Source of the DNA: the human T2T-CHM13v2.0 reference genome, Homo sapiens
Assembly (NCBI RefSeq): GCF_009914755.1
Contig: NC_060932.1
Length of the DNA stretch: 64,000 bases
Reading direction: 5' to 3' (one strand)
A program made the translations under genes and the position numbers. This document shows positions 47,416-61,140 of the stretch, in pieces. The notes beneath the pieces were generated by a model that searched no databases, had not been told where the DNA came from, and worked only from the letters and a program-made list of their open reading frames with translations. Position 1 is the stretch's first letter; every line of letters begins with the position of its first letter.

Positions 47416-48853
47416 CATTTCTACCTACCATTATTTCAAGTGCCAGTAGATCTGTTGGGTCATGAGGCTAAGTGGTACACCATTGCATTGCCTGAACTGG
47501 TTGCAGAACTTCATTTTGTTCTGCGCACTAATCAAAGCTGAAAATCTTACCAGTTATTCAGGAAATGGATTAGAGCAGCACACACTCCAATGTACCTCAA
47601 TGTGGTGTATGCTGATCTAGAATCCAAAGACTCTGTCAGTCATATCACAATCAAGATGGAAATGTGAGAGCTTAATTCTGAGAATTTTTTACCCTGATTT
47701 GCCAGCAATACTACATGCTGTCTACAGAGCAATCCAGATAAACCTTTGGCTGCAGGAAGCACTACTTCTTTACCTCCTTTGAGAGTACCAAAAGAGCTTG
47801 AAATCCCATATTTTCAGTCTTTTGAGAAATTATAGAATTTTCTAAAGTTCCAAGCAGAATATGCATAGAATAAATTGGTATTGTTTACTTCCTGACTCCC
47901 ATTTTGAGGCATTCTAATATAAGAGGAAGTTTTATTGAAGCACTCTATAGCAAAAACAATTGTTGCCTGACCTTAAATTAGAAACGACAATAATATTAAT
48001 AGAAGCCTTAGTACAGAAACTATTTTGAGATAACCATGTCTTGATTATAAGTACTGATGTTCTTATAGGCATGAAAGCTTTATCAGAAATTCCAGCAAAT
48101 ATTTCAATGCCTGAAATCTATTGTTCTGAATCTAATATGATTCTGGGATAACCAGTTTAAGATGACAGCATTAACAGCCCAATTAAATCACAGCATGGCA
48201 CTACACTTTTCTCCCATTGTGCAAATTCACTGGAATTCTCCAAGGTAATGTCCTTATCTTAAAAATCTGGAGTTAATGTTTTCGCTCAAGGAAGCTGAAG
48301 ACTATCAATACTCCATGGTTCTAGGTTGTCAAATAAATCTTAGAATTCCTTCCTTAGCACTTGCTTTTGGCTCGAAGAGTATAGATCACCTTGGTTTATC
48401 ACTATGTAAAATCTTCAAAAACAAATCATTCTGTAATTACATGTGTGATGTGAAATGAGGTATTGGTGATGTCTGAGTGCTTTTCAGAAAAATGTCAACA
48501 ATTAGAGGAAGCTTTCTGTGATGTGACACTAAAATATGACATATTCCTCTGTATATCAGAGAATTGATGTGTTTTTTTTTTTCAGGATACCTGCTGGCAG
48601 GGGTTATTTTCATCCCAACCTATTACCTTGGTGATTACGTAGTAATGAATATGATCCTCTTAGTAAGGAGAGAAAGAATTTCCTAAATTAAATCACTCTG
48701 ACTGGCTGAGTCATATTTTGGGTGGAACATCAATCACAATTTGACCTTCTCTAACAGTGCTGTTTATAGACTATCACCACCTTTCTAATAAGCATATAAA
48801 ATAATTCATTTTTAAATTGTCTCATGTCAGTGAAGTGTGAGCAATGTGTTTCT

Positions 48854-49883
48854 GCAGAGGGTAAATTTTTAAAGAATTCATGATGGATTATTGAGTTATA
48901 GTATATCTTTTCAAATGAGAAAGATAACTTACAAATGGCTTAGCTACAAAGATAAATGCCATAATAGTTCATTTCATATAGATTGGTGAACCTAATATTC
49001 TATTGCATTCTTCATTCTTCGAAATTCATTTCCATTCAAAATTTTTCCATTTATGCACCAAGACATTAAAACAAACAACAGTCACTGTACATCAGAGGAA
49101 AGCAGCCTAATGAAGTAAATCTAAAAGAAAAACAAAAAGGCTCTGAAGCCACTCCTAATGCTTTTCCTTCCTATGTACGAAACTGTCCTGCTTAAATTAA
49201 TAATCAAAGAGGTCAGTCATTTTCAAGCTGATGTTCAGGCCCCTGAAAAATTGAAAGCAATGAAATTAGTTTTTTTAAAACCTATTTTTCCCATGAATTT
49301 CCATAAGTTGACTTAAAATAGATTGAGTATTTTAAAACAGAAAGCTTCTTTTCTCAACTGTATTAGTAAAGACACAAGAAGGAAGAAATCCCTGGGTAGG
49401 TTCCTCAAACAACATTGTGCAATATAGTTAAAGGTTTTGACCATAGGTAATCATCATTTGCAATATGTTTTCAAATAGTGATTACTAAATAAACGTGAAC
49501 TCAAAAGAAATGGTTTTCCAAACAGTGCACCTCAGTTCAAATTTCAATAAAGGTCTTATCACTCATCAGTATGCACCATTTTGTGTGAATTCAACGTCTA
49601 AGGAAGATAATTTTCCTCATTTTTAATGTCTAAGTTCTTAAGGTAAAACCATATATTTTGGAACAACATCTTAAGACCACGCTCAATTATTTATAATATG
49701 AGACCACCATATCTTAAGAAAATCTCATCAAAAGGTCCTTAAGAGTATTTAGTAACTCAATTCCTCCTGGAGAGTAGTCAAGATACAGCATCTTGATATG
49801 GAAACATATGTTGTATTCTACAGCAAAGAACATTCTAGCAAGGTCCCACATATGGTAGCAGAGGGTAAATTTTTAAAGAATTC
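48854..49883 (+). repeat. Perfect 26-bp direct repeat (48854-48879 and 49858-49883)
   Basis: GCAGAGGGTAAATTTTTAAAGAATTC occurs twice, with 978 bp of unique sequence between. Confidence 0.95.
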
Positions 49884-50261
49884 GAGATAGGCTCCAAATT
49901 TGTGTTTACTCAGAAGTCATGTTATAGTAAAAGAAACAAATTAAGCATTACCTAAATGTAATGCCAAGGGATGTATGCTCCCCACAATGCCCACTTTCAT
50001 AAGCAAGAAATAGTCAAACGTGGTTGAATATAAACATTCTTGATTAAACTGCTCCACTTTTAACTCTTATGCTTTTTTGTGTGTGAGATTATTTTATTGT
50101 GACAAACATAACCTGTAAATATTCAAGATGTCCACTGGCCTGAAAATATAAAAAGACTGTAGGGTATTAAACTATAAACCATTTCTAACTCCTCTCTTTC
50201 TTGGGTTAAGAAATCAGTTAATAGACTTCATTTCCTTCATTTCTTTGTCATTCTACTTAAG

Positions 50262-50457
50262 TTTGGTTTTTTTTTGTTTGTTTGTTTTTGTTTTTTGTTT
50301 TTGAGATGGAGTCTTGCTCTGTCGCCCAGGCTGGAGTGCAGTGGCTCCATCTCAGCTCATGCAACCTGTGCTTCCCAGGTTCACGCAATTCTCCCTGCCT
50401 CAGCCTCCCCAGTAGCTGGAATTACAGGCGCCCACCACCACGCCCGGCTAATTTTTG
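50262..50457 (-). mobile_element. Alu right monomer
   Basis: Tail plus right arm, ending at the middle A-rich linker. Confidence 0.88.
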
Positions 50458-50628
50458 GTGGTGGTGGTGGTGGTGGTGGTTGTTTTGTTTGTTTGTTTGT
50501 TTGTTTGTTTAATTTTATTATTATTATACTTTAAGTTTTAGGGTACATGTGCACAATGTGCAGGTTTGTTACATATGAATACATGTGCCATGTTGGTGTG
50601 CTGCACCCATTAACTCATCATTTAGCAT
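50458..50628 (-). mobile_element. Short L1PA4/5-like 3' end with (GGT)n and (GTTT)n tail microsatellites
   Basis: TTATACTTTAAGTTTTAGGGTACATGTGC...CCCATTAACTCATCATTTAGCATT. Confidence 0.88.
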
Positions 50629-52006
50629 TTTTAAAATCTTTAATGCTTTTTAAAATCTTTCTTAAATGTACTGGTAAACTTAACTCAACAAGTAACCTCC
50701 ACACCTCAATAGATTAATTTTCGTAGCATTATGGATAACTAAGGCCCTTATAACCCCTAAAGAAGATGATTACATACATCAGTTCTTGTTGAAAAATAAT
50801 TGTAGATGAAGACAAAGACAGAGCTAAAGACTGAATCAAATTTATACTCCAAGACAAATGCTGAATGTCTTTTAAAAATAGTTTCCCTGATCTGAACTTA
50901 TTTTTTCTTCCACTTGCTTAACTCTAAAAATAAAATAGCTCTGCCCAAAAATACATTAAGCTGAGGGGCTTATGAAGGGATCCTAACTCCAATTAAACTC
51001 TATGATAGCCGCTGTACCTATGTGTTATGTTATTTCATTTAATCCTCACAAGAAAACTTAGTGATAGGAATAATCATTCCAACTTTACGAAAATGGAAAT
51101 AGAGGTTCAGGAAGTGTAGTTAACTTGCCAAGGTCCACAGCCAACAACTGAAAGAAGCAGTTATGCCTTTTTCCAAAATGTATTATTCCCAGTACATCAC
51201 GTTGCTTCATAATCTAGTTATCTGGATTCTAGATATTGGAAGGTGCTCAGAATTATGAAAATATTATTTGCAACTGACCTTTTATAATTTATTCCAATAA
51301 TTTTATTTACTTATTATTTATTGAGTGGCTGAGTGGCTCCTACTAACTTCATATCAGATACCGTGGTAGGGACAGTAAATACAACAATGGGCAAGGTGTA
51401 GCATCCACTCTCAGGAAACTTATAGTTTAGATTTACATAAAAAAAGAGAAGTAGAAAGACAAAATAATCACAAGCCGTAATAAATGCTAGAAGCAAACAA
51501 ACAAGAAGGTAAGATAGAGAATAACAATGGGAGACCTGAATTTTTCAGGTGATTTTAGGGTGATCAGGAATTAGCTATCCGGTCAGGGTCCTGCCAATGC
51601 TGGGACATCAGCAATACAGGCCAGTGAGAAAAGCAAAAAAAACAAAACAAAACACAGAGCTGAAACTCAACAGAGCAAAGAAACCCACATGAAAGACAAA
51701 CCTGTTAGAAGAGAAATCTAGAAGGCCAACTATACTTGGAATCAGAAGAACACAGAAAAATCTGTCTGGATGGAAAAGGAACGAGATTAAGATCTAAAAC
51801 CCCTAAAAGAGATGTGACAGAGACTAAGCAAGGCTATAGGCATATTGTCAAGGAAACACCTCAGCCCTAAGCAGAAACTGAGGTTCAGTGAGGCAACTGT
51901 GCAAAAACTACGAAGGTTGGACCCAAAGCAGTGGGCCAAAGGAAGATGGGGTACATGGTGCTAAAGGCATAAGATTCCAGGACTGGTTGTCAATGAAGTA
52001 GCCTTC

Positions 52007-52362
52007 TGCTATGGTTTCAATGTTCCCTCCAAAACTCATGTTGAAATTTGATTGCCAATGTAACAGTATTGAGAGGTGGGGCCTTTAAGAGATGATTAGG
52101 TCATGAGGGTGCTGCACTCATGAATGGATTAATGCCATTATTGCAGGAGCCGGCTCCTGATTAAAGGATAAGTTTGGTCCCCATTTGCTCTCTGTTTCAG
52201 GCACTTGTTTGCCCTTCTGCCATGGGATAACATGGCTCGCAAGATGCCAGCACCTGGCTCTTGGACATCCCAGCCTCTATAACTGTGAGTGAAATAAAAT
52301 GTTCTTTATAAATTATGTAGACTGTGGTATTTTGTTATAGCAGCAAAAAATGAACTCAGACA
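52007..52362 (+). mobile_element. MST-family MaLR solo LTR
   Basis: TGCTATGGTTT...CCAAAACTCATGTTGAAAT...ACTCAGACA; TSD CCTTC / CCTTG. Confidence 0.88.
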
Positions 52363-52958
52363 CCTTGGAAGAGGGAGGGCACATCAGAATTATGTGACTA
52401 AGGCCAGGTTAGTGGATTTCTCTTTGAGAATATAAACTTCTCTACGATGAAGCTAAGGTCCCTGATATGACCAGGCCCCACCTTCTGAGATTTTGATTTG
52501 ATTAGTCTAGAATGGGACCCCAGCAGTGGTATTTTTAAACGAACTTTTTTTATTTTGAGATAATAGAAGATTTCTATGTAGTTGTAAGAGATAAGATTCT
52601 ATGTATATTTTGCCATTTCCTCCAATGATAATATCTTGCAAAACTACAGCACAATATCACAACCAAGATATTGGCAAGGATATAGTCAATATAGAGAGTG
52701 TTTTCCTCACCTAAAAAAAACACTAGTTTTCCATGACATTGCCTTTTATAGTCACATCTGTTTCCCTTTTACCCTCATCCCTTCCTTAATCTCTGACAAC
52801 AACTTTAACCATTTACAATTTCTATAATTTTTTTATTTCAAAATGTTATATAAAAAGAATAATACAGTATGTCACTGTTTGGGGTTTGGCTTTATTCAGT
52901 CAGCATAATTCTGCAGTGATTTTTTTGAGTTGTCTGGACCAATGTTACTTTTTTGTTA

Positions 52959-53381
<423 letters not shown>

Positions 53382-53776
53382 TTAATATAAAATTAAGTTT
53401 TCATTTATCTTGGATAAATGCTCAGCTGGGTCATATGGTTGTTGCATGTTCAGATTTTTACAAAACTGTCATGTTATTTTCCATAAGGGCTGTATCATTT
53501 TACAGTCTCACCAGGAATGCATAAGTGATCCACTTTCTCCACATCCTCTTGAGCAACTGGTTTTGTAAATATTTTTTATTACAGCCCCTTGGTTAGGCAT
53601 ATAATGATAAGTCACTGTGGTTTACATTTGCATTTCCCTAATGGCTAATAATGTTGAACATTTTTCCACGAGTTTATTTGCCATCTGTATATCCTCTTCA
53701 GTAGAATTTGTCTTTGTGCCTTTTGACCATTTTTGATTAAATCATTTCGTTGTGGGTTTGTGTATGTATGTATATA

Positions 53777-53848
53777 TTGGGTTGGTGCAAAAGTAATTGC
53801 GGTTTTAAAGGTAATGGCAGAAACTGCATCTACTTTTGCACCAACCAT
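53777..53848. mobile_element. MADE1 (Hsmar1-derived MITE)
   Basis: TIRs GGTTGGTGCAAAAGTA and TACTTTTGCACCAACC in a TA context. Confidence 0.88.
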
Positions 53849-56638
53849 ATACACACACATTTATTTTGTTTATTTATTTACTTTTACTGTTGAATCTTGA
53901 GAGTTCTTTATTAGATTATGTGCCTTGCACATATTTTCACCCACTATGTAGTTTTTCATTTTATCCTCTTAATAGGAATTTTCATAGAGAAAAAGCTTTT
54001 AACTTTGATGAGGTGCAATTTATTCATTTTTTATTTATGAACAATGCTTTTTGTGTCAAGTCTCAGAACCTTTTGCCTACTTCTAGATCCCCCAAAATTT
54101 TCTCCTGTCTTTTTTTCTAAAAGTCTTAACAGTATTTTACATTTTATAATTTAAGTCCATGATATATTTTGACTTTTTTTTTGTATAATGGGTGAGACAT
54201 GTTAAGGTACATGTTTATGCCCATGAATGTTCGATTGTCCTAGCAACATTTGTTGAAAGGCTACCTTCTTTCTATTGAACTGCTATTGCGCCTTTGTCAA
54301 AAATTCAGTGAGCATACTTGTATGGGTCTATTCCTGGGGTTCTCTGTTCTATTCCATTAATCTAAGTGTCTATCCTCTGCCACTATGACCCAGAATTGAC
54401 TACTGTGGCTATATTTCAGAACTTCAAATTGGATAAATGGATTTCTCCCATTTTATTTGTTTTTTTCAATACTATTTTATTCCTTTGCCTTTCCATATAA
54501 ATTTTAGAATAATTGGGTCTATATCCACAAAAAGGTCTTGTCAAAATTTTGATAAAAATTATATTAAACCTCTGTATCAATTTGGAAATAATTGTTTTTT
54601 AAACTATGAGCATGGTATGTCTCTCAGTTTATGTAGATCTCATATAATTTTTTTCATCATCACACTTGTAATTTTCATCATACAAGTCCTGTACATATTG
54701 TGGTATATTTTTAACTAAAATCTTTTATTTTTAACAATTGCAAATAATATTATATTTTTAATTTTTTTGCTCAGGTGTCCACTGTAATTATATAAAAATA
54801 TAATTAATTTTTGTTTGTTGATTTTGTATCCCATGGCCTTTCTGAACTCATGTATTAGTTTCAAAGTTTTTGTAGATTCCTTGAGATTTTCCACATAGAT
54901 AATCATATAAAAATACAGAAAATTTTATTTCATTCTTTTATTGCCTTTATTGTAGTTCCTTTTATTTCTTTTTCTTGCCTTATTGCACTGGCTGCTAGAC
55001 TTTCCAGTAATATGCTAAAAAGAGTAGTAAAAGCCAGTAGCCTTGTCTTGTCCCAGTCTTAGGGGTAAAGCATTCAGTTTTTCACCATTAAGAATAATGT
55101 TAGCTATAGGTGTTTCATATATGCACTTTATGAAGCAGAGGGAGCTCTACTCTTTGCTATTTTTCTGAGACTTTTTAACATGAACAAGTGTTAAATTTTG
55201 TCAAACACTCTTTCTGCATCAATTGATATGGTAATATGATTTTTTTAGCCTGTTAATATGGTTAATTGGTCTTTGAATACTGAAGCAGTGTTACATGTTT
55301 CAAATAAACCTCACTTGGTCATGACATATAATTCTTCTTATATATTGTCGCATTTTATTTGCAAATATTTTGATGAAGAAATGTGTGCCTATGTTCATAA
55401 GAGATATTAATTTGTAGTTAAATTTTTGTACTGCATTTATCTAGTTTTAGTAACCAGATAATTCTACTTTCCTAAATTGAATTTATTAAGTGTTCTCCTC
55501 TATTTTCTGAAAGACACTATATAGAATTGATGTTAACTCTTCTTTATACATTGGTGGAATTCTCCAGTAAAACCATCTTGTCTAGGGCATTTCTTTTTTG
55601 GGTGTTTCTAAGTTACAAATTGAATTTTCTTTATAGTCATAGGGCTACTCAAATTACCTGTTTCATATTGGGTGAGTTATAGCTGTTTGTGTTTTTCAAG
55701 GAAGTGGTTCATTTTGTCTAAGCTGTCAATTTTATGTGTGTAAAACTGTTCATAGCATTCCCTTATTCTTTTGATGTCTGCAAGGTAGGTTGTGATATGT
55801 TCTGTTTCATTTCTGATATTAGTAATTTGTATCTTCTCTCTTTTTTTCCCTTGTCCATCTTGTTTGTCAATTTTATTGTTCTTTTCAAAGAAACAGGTAT
55901 TTGATTTATTGATTTTCTTCTACTGGTTTTCTGTTTTAAATTTAATTATTTTCTAATTTCTGTTCTTACTTTATTTTCTTGTTTCTGCTTGCTTTGAGTT
56001 TCTGGTGGGAGATTCGATTATTATTTTGAAACTTTTACTCTTTTCTAATAGACAAAGAGATAAGTAAACAGATAAAGTAAAAACTAATGTGTAAAGTATA
56101 AATTTCCCTCTCTGCATTGCTTTAACCATGCCTTATGAATTGTTATATGTTGTATTTTTTATTTTCATTCAGTTAAATGTATTTTTATTTTTATCTTGAA
56201 ACTTCATTTTTGATCCATGGATTATTTAGAAGTGTACTGTTAGTTTCCAAGTGTTTGGAGATTTTCCTATTATCTTCCTGTTATCCTTTCTGGATTAATT
56301 CTTTTAAGAATGGAGAGCACACTCTATATGATACCAATTCTAAATTTGCCGATGTTTGTTTTATGGCCTATCTAGGTGTATGTTCTGTGGGCATGTAAAA
56401 AGAATTTGTATCCTGCTGTATTGGGGTGGACCGCTGTATAAATATTAATTACATGCTGTTGGTGGACGTGATTTTCAGTTCCTTTACATCCTTTATGGCA
56501 TTTTGTCTAGTTGCCCTATAAATTGTTGAGAGAGTGATATTGAAGACTTTAACTAAAACTTTTGACTTGTCGATTTCTCCTTTCAGTTTCATCAGTTTTT
56601 GCTTTACATATTTTGCAATTCTGTTGATCACTGAATAC

Positions 56639-56705
56639 ATAGGTTGGTGCAAATATAAACCTGTATCAGTAAATACAGGTTTACTAAGTGTTAGTAAACC
56701 TAATA
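56639..56705. mobile_element. Rearranged MADE1 remnant
   Basis: Left end TAGGTTGGTGCAAA and right end AACCTAATA; the interior is two overlapping 11-bp hairpins. Confidence 0.6.
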
Positions 56706-57827
56706 TTTAGGATTACTATATCTTCTTAGTAGATAGAACCTTTTATCATTATATAATATCCCTCTCTGTCTCTAATCATTTTCTTTGCTCTAAAACTTAT
56801 TTCGTATAATATAGCAGCTTCTGCTTTCTCCTAATGAATGTTTTATAATACATATTTTTCCATTCTTTTACTTTCAATCTGCCTCTATTGTACAATGAAG
56901 TGAGTTTCTTGTAGATAGCATATAGTTGGATGATTTTTTAATCCACCCTACCAGGCTTTGTTTTTTAATTGTGCATGACGACCATTTACATTTAAGGTAA
57001 TTATTGATTTGTTAAGACTTAAGTCTGACATTTTATTTTCTGTTAGTTCTCTCTGTTTTACATTTTTCTGTTTTCTTTTTTCTGCCATCTTTTTAGCTAC
57101 ATTTTTAAATTTTTATATTTTGTAACATTATTTAAATTCAATTTTGATTTATCTACAGTGTTTCTAAGTGCACATCTTTGTAGAGCTGTTTGACTGATTG
57201 CTTTAATTGTTACATTATATACATCTAACTTAACATCAGTCTTCTGGTGTCCCCATTTTCTTAGTTTGAGTGAAGTATAGAAACTTGTGCTTCCTTTATG
57301 TCTCCCTTTGCCCTAACCCATTTAAAATATAATTGCCTTAATGATTTCCTCTATCTGTATTTAGAATCATTTCAGATAGTGTTATAATTTTTGCTTCAAC
57401 TGTAAAACTTAGAAAATTTAATAGAAAAAGAGATTCTATTCTATTTACTCATATTTCTACTTAATGTGTTCTTTAAGTATTAAGAACTACAAATAGGTGC
57501 TTCCAGATCAGGTTCTATTCTTTTAGTTCCACTATCATTGAAACTAATGAAGCAAATCTTTTGTGATGGTTTCAATGCCAAAAAAGTCTGCCATATGCCT
57601 TTTTAACTCAATCCTAAAATTTTATAATGGTATGCAGAAAAATTTAAGTTTACCAATGTTCTTTTATGGCTAATTTTGTTATAAGTCTTGTGGCAGTTTT
57701 GAAAGTGGGAAGTAGAGGCTGGCTGCAAACAACAAAGCTGATATAATGAGTTTATCACAGCTCCAACATGAACAAAAGCATCAAGGTTGGTTTGCTTCCA
57801 TTATATCTGACACTTACTAATAGGCCA

Positions 57828-58192
57828 TGCTATCTATAATCTGAATATGTATCCCACAAAATTTATACACTGAAATCCTAACCCCCTAGGTGATAGTGTT
57901 AATGGAGGTGGAACTTTTGGGAGGTGAAATGGTCATGAGAGTAGAGCTTTCATGAGTGAGATTAGTGCCCTTGTAAAAGAGGCCCTAGGGAGCTCATTAG
58001 CTCCTTCTGCCTTGTGAGGATGCGGTGAGAAGGCAGCTGTTTTGTGAACCAAGAGGGCTTTCACCAGAGGTCACATTTGCCAGCTCCTTGATCTTGGACT
58101 TCCCAGCCTCCAAAATTGTGAGAAATAAATTTCTGTTGTATGTAAGCCACCCAGTTTATGCTTTATTATAGCAACTCAAAGGGACTAAAATA
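57828..58192 (+). mobile_element. MLT1A-like MaLR solo LTR
   Basis: GAAATCCTAACCCCC, GATCTTGGACTTCCCAGCCTCCA; TSD GGCCA / GGACA. Confidence 0.85.
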
Positions 58193-59093
58193 GGACAGAC
58201 ACATAGGTACACTTCAGGTAAGGTGTCATTAACACCAAAATCTATTCTCATTTATTTATTACCAATGAGATATAGATAGGTAGTCATGTTAATTAAACTG
58301 TTTTAGAATAATATAATAAAACTAGAATAATGAATAAGCCAAATATGGTTTTTAATTTACTATCCACATCTGTCATTCTTTAATTGTCCTACCATTTTAT
58401 AGAAATGAATAGTTGAAAAAACTGTTAAGCCTGTAATTTTTTCCACCTTAGGAATTCTTAGGAAACATAAAGCAATAGACAAATCTCTTAAGTATATATG
58501 CTATATATCAGTGTCATGTCTGAAATTTGGCAAAACGATTTTGTGGTCATGAAGGGTAGAAACAAAAAAAAAGGTTGACATTTAAAAGTCACATGCAGTT
58601 TCTATCTCAGAAAGTAGAATACTGTTTTTTGCTTTGAAAAACTGTTTTCATCCTAAGAAAACCAGGTAATAGGCTCCTAAGTTATGCAAAGATAAACCAA
58701 AGTATCTGCCCATTTTTTCTGTGGAAAAAAAAAATAATAAAACTACCCATAATCTGAAAGCAGATATTTTAGACAAGGAAGCTAAATGTTTCTTTGGTAT
58801 AGTAATATAACTTTTATTGGATCAAAGTTCTAAGCCTTAAACCTGCAGATTTTATTGCTTTTATGAGAAGAGTGAGAATGTTTCTGTAGGGATTTAGGTG
58901 ACAGGAATAAATTCCTTTCTTGGACCTTGGAATTGTTGAGTATTCCTAGGGGTGAGGGAAGGAAGTGAGGGTGGGGTTGGTGGGGATTTCTGTATTGCTA
59001 ATGGAGGGCTGAGAACGTGTTAGAAAGTACCTTACCTTGTAAGGAAATCTAACCCTACAGGGAAAGTTTCTAAAGTTAGCTGATGGTTTCTAC

Positions 59094-59390
59094 TTTTTTT
59101 TTTTTTTTTTTTTTTGTGACAGGGTCTTGTGCTGTCACTCAAGCTGGACTGCAGTGGCATGATCACAGCTCAAGCGGTCCTCCTGCCCCAGCCTCCCAAG
59201 TAGCTGAGAGCTCAGAGGACAGGTGTGCACCACCACGCCCAGCTAACTTTTTAAATTTTTGATAGAGACAGGGTCTCACTATGTTGCCCAGGCTAGTCTC
59301 AAACTCCTGGCCTCTAGTGATCCCCCTGCTTTAGCCTCAGATAGGAGGCCAAAGTGCCGGGATTACAGACATGAGCCACGACACCCAGCC
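59094..59390 (-). mobile_element. AluJ with internal deletion
   Basis: GATCACAGCTCA and CTATGTTGCCCAGGCT; TSD GTTTCTACTT / GTTTCCACTT. Confidence 0.88.
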
Positions 59391-59629
59391 AGTTTCCACT
59401 TCTTAATGGAGAATCAGAGTCAGGTTCTATTTTAAGATAGTTAAAAGTGGTAAGAACAAGAAACAGCGCTGCCTACATTGCAGCAACCATAAGCAGAGCC
59501 AGCAATGGTGGGGCATAGTAGCTTGATGAGGAAGCAAAGCAGATCATGAGGAAATTTGCCTCTCATCACATGGATGCAGAGTATGAGGAACCACTCAGAA
59601 ATGACTAAGGGGCATGATAAAGCCAACCA

Positions 59630-59925
59630 AACTCTTGGGATCCAAGATTTCTCGGTGTCCATTCTGGGGTGGAATCAGTCTATCTGCACTTTTAACAAGC
59701 TCCTGGACTCTTCCAGTGCAGTCAACACTGGGGCCTCATTCTACTGGAGGTCACAAGGCAGTGGTTCTCATGATTCAGGATCCTTAAGGATCTCCTGAGT
59801 GCTTGCTAAAAAGACAGAGAGATCCCAGGCCTCCAGTCCAGAGAGCCTGATTTATGTCTCTCATTTTAGTAAGCACTCAGATAATACTGATGCAGACAGT
59901 CAAGAGAACTCTTTAAGAAAAATAG
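59630..59925. mobile_element. MER5A-like fragments
   Basis: TCTGCACTTTTAACAAGCTCC, CAGTGGTTCTCA and TTTTAGTAAGCACTCAGATAATACTGATGCA. Confidence 0.6.
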
Positions 59926-60146
59926 CCTAAAAACTTACAGCATTTTTATCAGGTATTAATGTGAGACCTATAGCAAAGAGTCAAGCCATTTCTTACTTAA
60001 AATAAGACAATACATTTTAGCTCTTTACATCTCTGGCTAAAAGCTATTTTCTAATCAGTGATAACTCTGGAGCTTCATTTTGGAATAATTAGCTTAAATG
60101 TCAGCACTAGAAGTTATTATCTTAATGAAGTCTTTTTAAATATTAA

Positions 60147-60608
<462 letters not shown>

Positions 60609-60625
60609 TAGAATTAGTGAACTAA

Positions 60626-60660
60626 CACTTATTGGCCTTCTGGCTAAGATCAAGTGTAGA
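60626..60660 (+). pseudogene. RNU2: 3'-truncated U2 snRNA retropseudogene (U2 nt ~1-36)
   Basis: CACTTATTGGCCTTCTGGCTAAGATCAAGTGTAG versus U2 CGCTTCTCGGCCTTTTGGCTAAGATCAAGTGTAG; perfect 18-bp TSD TTAGAATTAGTGAACTAA at 60608-60625 and 60661-60678. Confidence 0.92.
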
Positions 60661-60751
60661 TTAGAATTAGTGAACTAAAGATATCTACTAGGTATTCTGT
60701 TCCATGGAAAATGTCTGATTATATAGAATTTAAAAATAAATATTTTCTTAA

Positions 60752-61140
<389 letters not shown>

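Larger units (their letters stand above)
44066..47640 (-). mobile_element. ERVL provirus remnant: LTR plus internal region with decayed dUTPase/pol
   Basis: ORF 45677-45862 LLLNGDREEYVENPKDLLGCLLIVPHFVIKVNG resembles the ERVL dUTPase C-terminus. LTR-like end TGTATAAGTCAGAGTATAGCCAGGAAA at 44066. Confidence 0.7.

Noticed and set aside
59441-59798. Overlapping short ORFs on both strands
   Set aside because: They have non-ATG starts or overlap MER5A, lack splice context and resemble no known family.
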